This document shows positions 8,627-19,084 of a stretch of DNA of 64,000 nt, piece after piece. The DNA lies in NCBI GenBank assembly GCA_016190245.1, contig JACPQY010000011.1:35512-99511 (forward strand), given 5' to 3'. How positions within the stretch are numbered: the stretch's first letter is position 1; each line of letters opens with the position of its first letter. The position numbers and the translations under genes were made by a program. The notes below the pieces were generated by a model. It saw nothing but the letters and a program-made list of their open reading frames with translations. It ran no database searches and was not told the DNA's origin. The DNA comes from Nitrospirota bacterium (GTDB lineage: Bacteria > JACPQY01).

Positions 8627-8953
8627 CCGCGGGGCGGTCGTCAGTCCACCTCGGTGATGTCGGGGTCGCGCATGTCACGCCCGACAATCACCTTCGTCTT
8701 CCCATTGCGGTTGTGCGACGGTGCGACGGCGGTGCGACGGTGTCAGGTCTTTCGTTCGTTCTTTTGGAACTGGCTCGAAAAATCCACATGGGCCGTTGTT
8801 CGCGCGTATGGAAGGGGTTTCGTGGGACAGCTTCGTGCTTCGTGATACCGCGGGGAAAGACTCTCCTTCCGTGCGTCGCACCACTGGTGCGCGCTTGTCT
8901 GTCCCGATCCGTCATTGCTTTTGCCCTCTCGCAGTCGTATCCTATTCTCACTC

Positions 8954-9196
8954 ATGAAACGGAAAATGGAAGCCGTGTACGAAAACGGCACCCTCAAACT
9001 GGCCGAGCCGCTGCCGCTGGCGGAACACGCACGCGTCTACGTAACTGTTGAGGACCCGCGGGAGAACGACGACGATCCGTCAGAATACGCATGGCTCCGC
9101 GGCGCGGCGTCAAACTCGGCCTTCGACTTCCTGAACGATCCGGCTGAGGATATCTACGGCCCGGCCGACGGGAAGCCGTTCCGTGACGCGGAATAG
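8954..9196 (+). CDS. DUF104/AF2212-like antitoxin
   Basis: EAVYENGTLKLAEPLPL.E...V.VTV motif; acidic C-terminus (FDFLNDPAEDIY); overlaps downstream toxin start. Confidence 0.8.
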   Translation: MKRKMEAVYENGTLKLAEPLPLAEHARVYVTVEDPRENDDDPSEYAWLRGAASNSAFDFLNDPAEDIYGPADGKPFRDAE

Positions 9197-9526
9197 CATC
9201 GTTCTCGTCCCTTTCCCCTTCGACGATCTTTCCGGAACAAAGGTCAGGCACTCTGTTTGACGTAGCCGATCGGTCCCCAGCGTCACGTGATCATCGCCTT
9301 CATCACCAGCCGCATCCCACCGGACCCTGTCGGGACCGATCGTGTGATTTCCGCCGACCACCGTGACTTCGCGTCGACCGGTCTGCGAGTCGCTTCCACG
9401 GTACGCCTGCATCGGATGATGACGATCTCCTCGAAACTTGTCCGTCGGAAGTTGGGTTCGCTCCCTTCAGCATTTCATGAGGAGGTGAGGCGGAACATTT
9501 CCGCCCTATTCTCGCTGGTGGAATGA
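9183..9526 (+). pseudogene. PemK/MazF-family toxin, inactivated (frameshift plus nonsense)
   Basis: IVLVPFPFDDLSGTKVR, frameshift, then LCLT*PIGPQRHVIIAFITS...TGLRVASTVRLHRMMT...KLGSL. Confidence 0.8.
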
Positions 9527-9646
9527 CCGGACACTTCCAGAGAAGGTAACCAGTGCCGGAATGGCACTCTTGTGCTCCCCCTCAAGGGCTGGTGATGAGA
9601 ACTGCCATATGCGTGAGGTCAAATCGGGGAGCTTTCGGATGGACTC

Positions 9647-11161
9647 TTACTTGATCCGCCGGCCCTTGGTGCGGAGGTGCAATGTGCCGTGGAGGCTCGC
9701 CAGGTAAAGCTTTCCGGCGTTCTGGAGACACCACGCGTAGTCCGGACTCGATGCCGAGATGCCCACGTTCAACACGTTGTCCTCCGAGAGGGTGGGGCCG
9801 GACGGGTCGAACACGTCCGTCACGGAAAAGGTCAGCGTCTCGATGCAGGTCCTGGATGCCTGGGTCTCGTCATCCCAGTAGGGGACGGGGATTTCGACGA
9901 CCGACGCGCCGCTCATCGAGAGGGGCGAGTGATAGATCACCTCCGTGAGTGTCCGCCTCCCCATGGGCTCGTCCAGCGTCACAAAGAAACCCGGCTTCTC
10001 CGCCGTGGCGGAGAGGTTGAACGCGACGCCCTCTTCACCTCGAATGAACCTGTTGAGATAAGCCGTATCCACCGTTCGCTCGCGGATGCAGACATCCGGC
10101 GGATCCTCTTCCAACGCGCCGATGCAGGCGGAGTAGCAGACCGCCTGCTCGGCGGCGCCGGTAAGAGACATGCACGTCCGGCGCTCTCCACCAGGGCCGG
10201 CGGACTCACAGACGCCGAGGAAATCCTCCCAATTCCCAGACGCTGGTGGTTCGGGGGCAAACGCGAAAGCCTTCTCAAGCGATTCCTGTCCAACCTGCAA
10301 GGCTGCGCCAAGTCCCGCAAGGATCTTCTCTGATAAACCCTCCGTGGATCCGCAACCCTCGAAAAGGCCCTCGCTCGTCCAGACGCCGAACAGGTACCTC
10401 CGGCGGTCCGAGGCCGAGTCTCTGATAACCGCGCGATGGAGATAGATGAGCTTCCCACCGATTTCCATCAAGCGGGGAGGACAGTCTTCTATCGCCGTGC
10501 CCTTCCACCATTTGCACTCCGTCTCCTCCCACGTGCCCGTGAAGTCGAAGTTCGGATCCTCAGCCTCCGCCTGCTTCACCGATGAAACCACCACCTGCGA
10601 GAGACGCGACAGGTCCGCTACCGCCGCGTAGGCGGCACGGTCAACGATCACGGTGCCGAGATCGGCATCGCGGTCCAGGCTCACACCACCGGCGAGGGCC
10701 TCGGCCGATCCCACCTTGAAGATGAGGTCGGCCACGCGCTCCCCCGCCCCATCGAGCACGAAGCATCCGAACGGAACCTGGGCGGCGGCAAGCGACAGGA
10801 CGAACCGGGACGACGCATCGGTCACTCCCTTCCCGGCCCGGGGCGTTTCTTCAAATGTCACGCAGTAGAGAGCGTATCCGGATAGCGATCCTCCCGAGGC
10901 GCCGGCACGCCGAAGCCCCGAGGCACGCACACCTTCTTCCTGCCCCGCCCTCACGCCGCCGCTTTGTCCGGCCCGCACGCCCATGCGGACCCCGTCGCTC
11001 AACACCCCCTCCGCAAGTGTTCCGGTCAGTTTGAGCTCATCGCCCTCCCCCTTGGCCGCGTCGCTGCCGGTACAGCCGAGCATACAGGCAACGGCCAGGA
11101 CGCCGGCCGCGCCCCGCACGGTCGGCCAGAGAATCCCCCACTCGGACAAGCTCCCCACCAT
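9647..11161 (-). CDS. Putative lipoprotein, Cys-rich; paralog of 15973-17181
   Basis: Signal/lipobox-like VACMLGC; shared GY...C....GC.VLD..G.RVADL.F...LG.V.VD...GTW pattern. Confidence 0.75.
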   Translation of the reverse strand: MVGSLSEWGILWPTVRGAAGVLAVACMLGCTGSDAAKGEGDELKLTGTLAEGVLSDGVRMGVRAGQSGGVRAGQEEGVRASGLRRAGASGGSLSGYALYCVTFEETPRAGKGVTDASSRFVLSLAAAQVPFGCFVLDGAGERVADLIFKVGSAEALAGGVSLDRDADLGTVIVDRAAYAAVADLSRLSQVVVSSVKQAEAEDPNFDFTGTWEETECKWWKGTAIEDCPPRLMEIGGKLIYLHRAVIRDSASDRRRYLFGVWTSEGLFEGCGSTEGLSEKILAGLGAALQVGQESLEKAFAFAPEPPASGNWEDFLGVCESAGPGGERRTCMSLTGAAEQAVCYSACIGALEEDPPDVCIRERTVDTAYLNRFIRGEEGVAFNLSATAEKPGFFVTLDEPMGRRTLTEVIYHSPLSMSGASVVEIPVPYWDDETQASRTCIETLTFSVTDVFDPSGPTLSEDNVLNVGISASSPDYAWCLQNAGKLYLASLHGTLHLRTKGRRIK

Positions 11162-11261
11162 GGCGGGACGATCCTACTCCGCCTGCTTTCGCCCGGTCAA
11201 ATCCGGAGCGCCATTTGCCGACCCGGTCATGGGCAGCAACGTTCCAGGCCATCACGGAAAC

Positions 11262-11332
11262 GGGGACGTTCCTGTTTTTCCCTCCCCATCCGGAATCGCG
11301 CCCGGGCGGAAGCGAAAAAGAGGAATGTCCCC
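11262..11332. repeat. Inverted REP-like doublet
   Basis: GGGGACGTTCCTGTTTTTC (11262-11280) and GAAAAAGAGGAATGTCCCC (11314-11332), 17/19 complementary. Confidence 0.65.
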
Positions 11333-11360
11333 TTTTCTCCTTGCTATACTCCCCTCCTCC

Positions 11361-12776
11361 ATGAGATCGCACGCTCACCGAGTCGCGCCGAGCCTCGTCC
11401 GATTCGTCCTCACAATCTCCCTCTGCGCATCGTGCGCGAACGATGGGCCAAGTCCCTCCAGCCAAGCCTTCCCAACCGAACCCACGCCCTGGCCGCGCTG
11501 GGCTTGGGAACACTGGGTGTGGGAAGGCAACGAGGAAGTCTCAAAGCAACAGAGCACGCAGACGGGCGCACTCGACCTCGTGGACGGCTACCTGCAGCGC
11601 GACATCCCGGTAGACGCGATCATCATAGACAGCCCCTGGGCCACGGCATACAGCACCTTCGATTGGGACCCGGCCCGATACCCCGACCCCCAAGGCCTGG
11701 TGGACGCGATGCACGCCCGCGGCGTGCGCGTCATGGTCTGGACCGTGACGGCGATCAACACGGACAGCCCCAACTTCGCCGAAGCGGACCGGAACGGCTA
11801 CTTCCTCACGAGGGGCCCAGGCGAGGGGACACTCGTAGTCGAATGGTGGAAGGGACCCGGCGGTCTGGTGGACTTCTTCAATCCCGCCGCCGTGGAGTGG
11901 TGGCACTCGCAGCTCGACAATGTGCTGAACCTGGGGATAGACGGCTGGAAGGCGGACGGAACGGATTACTCACTTGCCTTCGGGAAGTTCTTCTCCCCCG
12001 CTGCCGGCCGGTACATCGAGCGTCCCGAGTACTCCCACGCGTATTACCGCGACCTCTATGAACACACCCGCGGCCGGCTCGGCGAGGATCGCATCATCAC
12101 GGCGCGTCCGATCGACAACTACGGCCTGGGGCTCGGGGGCGACCTCGTGGCCTTCGCGCCGGTGGACATCAACTTCGCCGGGTGGGTGGGCGATCAGGAC
12201 GCCACGTTCGAGGGGCTCAAGGCCGCGCTCGACAACATGTATCGCTCCTCCGAGCACGGCTACCTCGCCTTCGGGTCCGACATCGGAGGCTACCGCACCG
12301 ACCCCTCCGCCCCCGCAGCGTGGGGCCGAACCAAGGAGCTCTTCATCCGCTGGGCACAACTCGGCGCCTTCTCGCCCGTGATGGAAAACGGCGGGGGGGG
12401 GGAACATCGTCCGTGGATGTTCGACGAGGAAACCAGCGAGATCTACCGCCGATTCGCGAAGATCCACTACGCGTTGCTCGACTACCTCATGGCCGAGGGG
12501 GCCCGGGCATGGCGCCAGGGTCGTTCGCTCATGCAGTTTCTCAGCCGGCGCGACTTCAGCTATCTCCTCGGGTCCGACCTTCTGGTTGCGCCGATCCTGC
12601 AGGCCGACGGCGAGGTGACGGTCGCCTTCCCCACGGATGGGGATTGGATCTACATGTTCGATCCGGACGAGCGCTACGAGGGAGGCTCAGGCGCGACCCT
12701 CAAGATTCCCCTCACCGAGTTCCCTGCGTTCCTGCGCGAAGGCTCGACGCTGGAGGCGCACTTCAGGCTTCCCTGA
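11361..12776 (+). CDS. Glycoside hydrolase family 31 protein, probable lipoprotein
   Basis: DIPVDAIIIDSPW, GIDGWKADG nucleophile, WVGDQ, SDIGGY, ELFIRWAQLGAF; LCASC lipobox. Confidence 0.88.
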   Translation: MRSHAHRVAPSLVRFVLTISLCASCANDGPSPSSQAFPTEPTPWPRWAWEHWVWEGNEEVSKQQSTQTGALDLVDGYLQRDIPVDAIIIDSPWATAYSTFDWDPARYPDPQGLVDAMHARGVRVMVWTVTAINTDSPNFAEADRNGYFLTRGPGEGTLVVEWWKGPGGLVDFFNPAAVEWWHSQLDNVLNLGIDGWKADGTDYSLAFGKFFSPAAGRYIERPEYSHAYYRDLYEHTRGRLGEDRIITARPIDNYGLGLGGDLVAFAPVDINFAGWVGDQDATFEGLKAALDNMYRSSEHGYLAFGSDIGGYRTDPSAPAAWGRTKELFIRWAQLGAFSPVMENGGGGEHRPWMFDEETSEIYRRFAKIHYALLDYLMAEGARAWRQGRSLMQFLSRRDFSYLLGSDLLVAPILQADGEVTVAFPTDGDWIYMFDPDERYEGGSGATLKIPLTEFPAFLREGSTLEAHFRLP

Positions 12777-12947
12777 AGCGCGGCAGCGTAAGCCATCAGC
12801 GGTCAGCTTTCAGCCGCGTGCTCTGTCGAGAATCGTGGAGGAACACCGCACGGCGTGGTATTTGTGGCAAGGGATGGCGGGCGAACAGATCCCTTCAGGC
12901 GACAACATCTGTGGCGCGTTCCGGTACCGTCAGGAGGAAATGGAACG

Positions 12948-15614
12948 TTGCTTCGGCTGAGGATCAACGGCCGGTGGTGCGAAGGCGCGGAGGGCGCGAC
13001 CGTGTTGCAGGTCCTCCGATCCCATGACGTTCACATCCCCACGCTCTGTCACGACCCCCGCCTGAAGCCGTTTGGCGGCTGTCGCCTCTGCCTCGTCCGC
13101 ATTGGAGGGAAACCGAATCCGGTTGCCGCCTGCACCACCCCTGCGGCGGAGGGCATGGAAATCGAAACACATCCGCCTGACATCGAGGATCTGCGCCGCT
13201 CGCTCCTGCAACTCCTGACCTTCCGCCATCCGGCGGAGGACGCGCGGTCGCGACCGGGGAAGGAGTTCTATCGCCTCCTGGCGGCGTACGGGGTTGATGG
13301 AACCGGCGTCGGTGGAGGGGAGAGGCGGGCCGCCGACGACTCGCATCCCTACCTTCACGTGGACATGTCCCGCTGCGTTCTCTGCTACCGCTGCGTGCGC
13401 ATCTGCGAGGAGGTGCAGGGGCAGTTCATCTGGACGGCCTGGTACCGGGGGGCACGCACACAGATCAGGCCGGGCGACGGGCCCTCTCTCCTCGAGAGCG
13501 GCTGCGTGAGTTGCGGGGCCTGCGCGGACACCTGCCCCACCGGGGCGATCGAAGACCGTTCCGTCCTGGCGCTGGGTGAGCCGGAAACTCGGACAAAGAC
13601 CACCTGCCCCTACTGCGGTACCGGATGCGAGATGTCCGTCGGTGTCCGAGCGGGGCGCCTCGTCACGATCGCTCCCGAACGCGATTCCCCGGTCAACAAA
13701 GGCCATCTCTGCGTGAAAGGCCGCTACGCCTTCGAGTTCGTGTACGCGGAGGACCGCGTGACGCATCCGTTGATTCGCCGTGCCGGCGGGTGGGAGCGGG
13801 CGTCGTGGGACGAGACGCTGTCGTTCACGGCAGAGCGGCTCCGGGAGGTCCTCGGTCGCCACGGACCCGACGCGATCGCCGTCCTGGGTTCCGCGCGTGC
13901 CACGAACGAGGAGAACTACCTCGCCCAGAAGTTCGCGCGCGCCGCGATCGGGACGAACAACGTGGACTGCTGCGCCCGCGTCTGCCACGGGCCGACCGCA
14001 GCGGCCATGAAACTCATGCTCGGTACCGGCGCCGCCACGAATTCGTACGACGACATCGAACTCGCGCGTTGCCTGCTCGTGTGCGGGGCCAACGCAACCG
14101 AGAATCACCCCGTCATCGGCGCGCGACTCAAGCAGGCTGCCCTGCGGGGGACGCCCCTGATCGTCATTGATCCGCGGGCGATCGAACTCACCCGGTACGC
14201 CACCCTCCACCTCGCCCTGCGCCCCGGCACCAACGTCCCGCTCTTCAACGCCCTGGCCTGCGCCATCGTGGAGGAAGGACTGGCCGACGAGTCGTTTGTC
14301 CGTGAACGAGTGGAGGAATGGGACGATTTCCGCGCGTTCATCAGCGCCTACAGGCCCGAGGACGTCGCCTCCCTGTGCGGCGTCGAGGCCGCCCTCATCC
14401 GCAAAGCCGCCCGCCTCTATGCCACGGCCCGACCCGCGATGAGCCTCCACGGCCTCGGGATGACCGAACACGTTCAGGGCACCGAGGGCGTGATGTGTCT
14501 CGTCAACCTTGCCCTCCTTACCGGCAACCTGGGCAAACCCGGAAGCGGCATCAACCCCCTGCGCGGGCAGAACAACGTCCAGGGCTCGGCCCACATGGGC
14601 TGCGACCCGGGGACGCTCACCGGGTCCATCTCGATCAAGGACGGCAAGGCCCTCTTCGAACGCGTCTGGGGTACCCCCCTCCCGACGCGACGCGGGCTCA
14701 ACCTCCTGCAGATGATGGACGCCGCCGAGGCGAACCGGCTCAAGGCCCTGTGGGTGATGGGTTATGACGTCCTCCTCACGAACGCGGACGCGCATCGAAC
14801 GAGAAAGGCCATGAAGAATCTCGATCTCGTCATCGTGCAGGACCTCTTCCTCAATGAAACGGCCAAGGAATTCGGCACGGTCTTCCTCCCCGCGGCTTCC
14901 TCGTTCGAGAAAGACGGAACCTTCATGAACGCCGAGCGGCGCATCCAGATGGTCCGGAAAGTCATCGAGCCGATCGGAGAATCGAAGTCCGATTGGGAGA
15001 TCGTCTGCCTTCTGGCCGCGAAGATGGGCCGGGGCAATCTCTTTCCCTATCGGTCCGCCGAGGAGATCTGGGATGAGATCCGTGCCGTGTGGAATGCCGG
15101 GGCCGGGATCAACTACGCGAGGCTCGCCACGGGGGGCATCCAGTGGCCCTGCCCCTCTGGGGACCACCCCGGAACAAAGATCCTGCACACCGAGACTTTT
15201 CCCATCGGCCCGAAGGCCGTGCTCCGATGCGTCGAGTACCGGCCCACGGCTGAGGCACCTACAGAGGTGTTTCCCCTCCTCCTCACCACGGGCCGATCGC
15301 TGTACCACTTCAATGCGGGCACCATGACCATGCGGACGGAAAACGCGAAACTCAGGCCGACTGACCTCATCGAGATCTCTCCCGTGGATGCCTCCCGCTT
15401 GGGATTGGTTGAGGGCGGACGGGCCAAGGTCGTCAGTCGGTACGGCGAGGCCGTCCTTCCGGTCACCATCACCTCCACGGTCAAGCCCGGCGAGTTGTTT
15501 GCGACCTTTCAGGATCCCCGCATCTTCCTCAATCACATCACGAGCCCCTTCCGGGACAAGTACGTGAAGGCTCCCGAGTACAAGGTCACCGCCGTGCGTT
15601 TGGAAAAGGCCTGA
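12948..15614 (+). CDS. fdhF: Formate dehydrogenase alpha subunit (FdhF-like, Cys at active site) with N-terminal 2Fe-2S/4Fe-4S domains
   Basis: IPTLCH..GCRLC, CVLCYRCVRIC, CPYCGTGC, CARVCH, PLRGQNNVQG; AGGAGG 10 nt before TTG 12948. Confidence 0.9.
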   Translation: MLRLRINGRWCEGAEGATVLQVLRSHDVHIPTLCHDPRLKPFGGCRLCLVRIGGKPNPVAACTTPAAEGMEIETHPPDIEDLRRSLLQLLTFRHPAEDARSRPGKEFYRLLAAYGVDGTGVGGGERRAADDSHPYLHVDMSRCVLCYRCVRICEEVQGQFIWTAWYRGARTQIRPGDGPSLLESGCVSCGACADTCPTGAIEDRSVLALGEPETRTKTTCPYCGTGCEMSVGVRAGRLVTIAPERDSPVNKGHLCVKGRYAFEFVYAEDRVTHPLIRRAGGWERASWDETLSFTAERLREVLGRHGPDAIAVLGSARATNEENYLAQKFARAAIGTNNVDCCARVCHGPTAAAMKLMLGTGAATNSYDDIELARCLLVCGANATENHPVIGARLKQAALRGTPLIVIDPRAIELTRYATLHLALRPGTNVPLFNALACAIVEEGLADESFVRERVEEWDDFRAFISAYRPEDVASLCGVEAALIRKAARLYATARPAMSLHGLGMTEHVQGTEGVMCLVNLALLTGNLGKPGSGINPLRGQNNVQGSAHMGCDPGTLTGSISIKDGKALFERVWGTPLPTRRGLNLLQMMDAAEANRLKALWVMGYDVLLTNADAHRTRKAMKNLDLVIVQDLFLNETAKEFGTVFLPAASSFEKDGTFMNAERRIQMVRKVIEPIGESKSDWEIVCLLAAKMGRGNLFPYRSAEEIWDEIRAVWNAGAGINYARLATGGIQWPCPSGDHPGTKILHTETFPIGPKAVLRCVEYRPTAEAPTEVFPLLLTTGRSLYHFNAGTMTMRTENAKLRPTDLIEISPVDASRLGLVEGGRAKVVSRYGEAVLPVTITSTVKPGELFATFQDPRIFLNHITSPFRDKYVKAPEYKVTAVRLEKA

Positions 15615-15737
15615 GGTTGGCGGGCGGGTTCGCCGGGTGGCCGCTGTAGCCCCGGGCATAGACCCATCCATGCCCCCTCGCGCTTCGCGCGGTCATCGTG
15701 GCCGCGCCTGATGCTCGGGGACAAACCATCCATGGCA

Positions 15738-15810
15738 TGGGTCGTGCAGGACTCGAACCTGCGGCCCGCTGATTAAGAGTCAGCTGCTCTACCAGCTGAG
15801 CTAACGACCC
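15738..15810 (-). tRNA. tRNA-Lys(CTT)
   Basis: GGGTCGTTAGCTCAGCTGGTAGAGC, anticodon arm GCTGA-CTCTTAA-TCAGC, GGTTCGAGTCC, acceptor ACGACCC-A; no encoded CCA. Confidence 0.96.
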
Positions 15811-15972
15811 ATCCGGACCTCGGCCGGGAGGGGCCGATACCCGGAGGGGGCGTGAACGAGGGTAAGCATAAACGGATCGTGGGCGCGTGACAACCGGGGA
15901 GGTCAAACGTGGGGAGGTCAAACGTGAAGTCGTGAGGTCGGGAGGTCGGGAGATCGCGAGGCCCCGGAGGGG

Positions 15973-17181
15973 TCACGGGACCGGACGGGCCTGGGCGCGC
16001 AGGCGGAGGCTCCGGGCGAGGGAATAGGGGGAGGCCGGGATCTGCTTGAGGTTGGTCCTGCACCACTCGTAGTCGGTGGTAGTGGGGGAGATGTGCACCG
16101 AGAGAATGAGACCAACGAGGGCGAGATCGTTCGCCCGGCGGGAGACATTCATTTGCATGTCGAAGGCGATGTCGCAAGATCGCGTCCGGCCCCCGGCGTC
16201 GGGCTGAGGCGCCTCCTCGATCTTGAATACCCCCACCGACCAGGTTTCGGGGTCGGAGTAGAGCATCTCGGGAAGGTAGTCGGTGCGGAGGAAGGTCGGG
16301 CCCGCGTCCGAACAACCAGCCTCTCTTGAGGACTCCGCGATTTCGATTCCGTATCTCTCCCGCGCCGAGGAGGGAGTGAGCGCCGAGGTCCCGCCGCACG
16401 ACGCAAGCTCGTCACGAGAAGCCCGGATGTCGGCGAGAAAACGGGGGCGGTTGGTTTGGATATCCGTTCCTGAGACCCGCACCAGGTGGAACGACGGGAT
16501 CTCCGCCGTGAAGGAGGTGTACACGGACTCCTCGGCCTCCGAACAGGGCTTGTCGTCATGATTACCAAGGCAGCCGGTGAACATCCACGTGCCGGACGAG
16601 TCCCAGTATGCCGACGCGGACGCCGCCCCACTCGGGCCCAGACTCGCGAGCGCAACGCCGGTGTACTCATCCACCCAGACGTCGCCCAGATTGGTGGCCC
16701 CATCGAGGCGGGCAGTTCCGCTCATCAGGAGGTGGCCATCCGGTCCACGCGTGTCGCGTTGAAAAAAGAGGTCGGCCACCCTCGCGCCGGAGAGGTCGAG
16801 GACCATGCAGCCAGCGGGTACGTGGGATTCCGCGAGGTAGAGCGTGAAGCGACCATCCGGATCCGCGATGCCGCCACCGGCCGCTCCCGCTTCCGAGAGG
16901 ACGGCGCAGCGAACGCCGTAGCCCGGAAGGGCCCAGCCGCTGTCCAGGCTGGTCACTTTCCGGTCGCAGGAGGCCCTGACACTGCCCCGCTCAACCGCGT
17001 TCCCTGACGGCGACACACCCCTGCGGACGCCCTCGGAAGCGAACCCGGCGACGAGGCGCCCCGAGATCTCAATTTCGTCGGCACCTGAGGCGCAACCGTG
17101 GACGACGGGGACGGCGAGAGCCACAGCGGCCCACACGATCGGCTGCACCCATTCGAATCCCCCCGAAGACCGGCCGGCCAT
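15973..17181 (-). CDS. Putative lipoprotein; paralog of 9647-11161
   Basis: AVALAVPVVHGC lipobox; shared N-terminal motif pattern. Confidence 0.75.
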   Translation of the reverse strand: MAGRSSGGFEWVQPIVWAAVALAVPVVHGCASGADEIEISGRLVAGFASEGVRRGVSPSGNAVERGSVRASCDRKVTSLDSGWALPGYGVRCAVLSEAGAAGGGIADPDGRFTLYLAESHVPAGCMVLDLSGARVADLFFQRDTRGPDGHLLMSGTARLDGATNLGDVWVDEYTGVALASLGPSGAASASAYWDSSGTWMFTGCLGNHDDKPCSEAEESVYTSFTAEIPSFHLVRVSGTDIQTNRPRFLADIRASRDELASCGGTSALTPSSARERYGIEIAESSREAGCSDAGPTFLRTDYLPEMLYSDPETWSVGVFKIEEAPQPDAGGRTRSCDIAFDMQMNVSRRANDLALVGLILSVHISPTTTDYEWCRTNLKQIPASPYSLARSLRLRAQARPVP

Positions 17182-17259
17182 GCCGGATCTTATCTTACTC
17201 GAACGCGCGATCCGGCTCAAAACGCGCGTCCCCGGAACGGGTCGGGCCGCGGGGGCCCC

Positions 17260-17700
17260 TCAGCCCAGAAGGATCGGCTGGAGGCGCATGGCGAGGGTCA
17301 GCTCGCCCTTGATCTTCACCTTCCCCGTCATGTAGGCGGTCATCCCCCTTTGCTTGCCACGCGCCATGTTCATGAAGACCTCCGACTTGGACGTCATCGT
17401 CACGTCCGGCTCGCGGGTTCCGGCCGGCTCGACCACGAGCTTGCCTTTCTTCATCTGGAGGTCCCACGAGCCTCCCCCTTCTCCCTCGACCACGAAACGC
17501 ACGATCTTCCCTTCGTCGAGCTGACCCTTGAGCTCCTCGGCGCGCTTCTCGTAGCCCACGGGGATGACGACCTCGAGGACCTGCTTGGGCGTGGCGTCCC
17601 AGATCACCTCGCGCAGCTCATCGCGGTTCAGGTAGTCTACGGTCTTCATGATCTTGCGGACTTCTGCGAGGCTCATGCTCGCTTGAACTTTCTGGCTCAT
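17260..17700 (-). CDS. SCP2 sterol/lipid-binding domain protein
   Basis: GEGGGSW, PDVTM, AYMTGKVKIKGEL.LAMRL; GGAGG RBS. Confidence 0.88.
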   Translation of the reverse strand: MSQKVQASMSLAEVRKIMKTVDYLNRDELREVIWDATPKQVLEVVIPVGYEKRAEELKGQLDEGKIVRFVVEGEGGGSWDLQMKKGKLVVEPAGTREPDVTMTSKSEVFMNMARGKQRGMTAYMTGKVKIKGELTLAMRLQPILLG

Positions 17701-17908
17701 GCTCTCACCTCCATCCGGTTGGCTCAAAGGCCGGAAATGTACCAAATCAGATGCGTGAAGGGGAGCGATTGGGACCGACCTGAGGCCAATGTTGCTTCGG
17801 TAGTCTCGCCCCTGTTGACCCCCTCGTGTAGCAACGCGGCCTGAAGGCCGCGCCTACCATAACCGAGGGTCCGGGGCAGACCCAGCCTTTGCGCCAGCGG
17901 GTGCGCCC

Positions 17909-19084
17909 TCAGAGCACCTCGAACAGGCCGGCCGCGCCCATCCCGCCGCCGATGCACATGGTGACCACGGCGTACTTGGCCTTCCTGCGGTTGCCTTCGC
18001 GGAGGACATGCCCCACTTGGCGCGCCCCGCTCATGCCGTAGGGGTGCCCGATCGAGATCGCCCCGCCGTTCACGTTGTACTTGGCGTTGTCGATCCCGAG
18101 GCGGTCCCGGCAATACACCGTCTGGACCGCGAACGCCTCATTCAACTCGATGAGATCTACGTCGGTCAGCTTGAGACCGGCCCGCTTGAGGAGCTTGGGA
18201 ATGGCGAAGACCGGACCGATTCCCATCTCGTCCGGCTCGCAGCCCGCGATGGCGAAGCCGCGGAAGGCGCCGAGGGGGCGCAGGTTCCGTTTCGCGGCCT
18301 CCTTGGCCTCCATCAAAACCACTGCGGCTGCCCCATCCGAAAGCTGGCTCGCGTTGCCGGCGGTCACGGTCCCTCCCGCAACGGGCTGGAGCGCAGCGAG
18401 CTTCTCCAAGGTGGTATCCGGCCGGTTGCCCTCGTCGCGCTCGAGCGTCACCTCACGCACCGACTCCTCGCCCGTCTCCTTGTTTTTCACCAGCATCTTC
18501 GTGGCGAAGGGCACGATCTCGTCCTTGAACTTACCGGCCGCCTGCGCCGCCGCCGTGCGCTGCTGGCTCTGGAGGGCGTAAACGTCCTGAACCTCGCGGG
18601 AGATTTTGTACCGCTCCGCCACCACCTCGGCGGTCTGGAGCATCGGCATGTACAGGGCGGGCTTGTGCTCGGTGACCCATTCCTCGGTGTAGCCGTTCAG
18701 GTTGAGGTTGTTTTGAACGAGGCTGATGGACTCCACGCCGCCCGCGACCAAGACGTCCGCCTCCCCGGCGATGATCCGTTGCGCCGCGATCGCGGTGCTC
18801 TGGAGGCCGGAGGAGCAGTAGCGATTGAGCGTCATCCCGGGCACCGTGACGGGGAATCCTGCCCGAATGGCGGCCACGCGCCCGATGTTGTTGCCTGTCG
18901 CTCCCTCGGGGAGTCCGCACCCGATGACCACGTCCTCCACCTCCGCCGGGTCGAGACGGGCTCGCTCGACGGCGTTGCGGATCACGAACGCGGTCATGAC
19001 GGCGCCGTGGGTCATGTTGAGACTCCCCCGGAATGCTTTCCCGATGCCCGTTCGGGCTGTGGAAACGATCAGTGCTTCACGCAT
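17909..19084 (-). CDS. Acetyl-CoA C-acyltransferase (thiolase)
   Basis: [27 protein letters not shown]. Confidence 0.96.
   Translation of the reverse strand: MREALIVSTARTGIGKAFRGSLNMTHGAVMTAFVIRNAVERARLDPAEVEDVVIGCGLPEGATGNNIGRVAAIRAGFPVTVPGMTLNRYCSSGLQSTAIAAQRIIAGEADVLVAGGVESISLVQNNLNLNGYTEEWVTEHKPALYMPMLQTAEVVAERYKISREVQDVYALQSQQRTAAAQAAGKFKDEIVPFATKMLVKNKETGEESVREVTLERDEGNRPDTTLEKLAALQPVAGGTVTAGNASQLSDGAAAVVLMEAKEAAKRNLRPLGAFRGFAIAGCEPDEMGIGPVFAIPKLLKRAGLKLTDVDLIELNEAFAVQTVYCRDRLGIDNAKYNVNGGAISIGHPYGMSGARQVGHVLREGNRRKAKYAVVTMCIGGGMGAAGLFEVL

Noticed and set aside
12932-12960. Possible frameshift at the fdh start (ATG 12940 quickly hits TGA) or selenocysteine recoding
   Set aside because: That ATG is only 2 nt from the RBS; in-frame TTG 12948 has good spacing, and the active-site residue is Cys (CARVCH)
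15650-15737. Degenerate ~24-bp direct repeat just 3' of tRNA-Lys
   Set aside because: Does not include tRNA sequence, only two copies and no integrase; not supportable as att site or CRISPR
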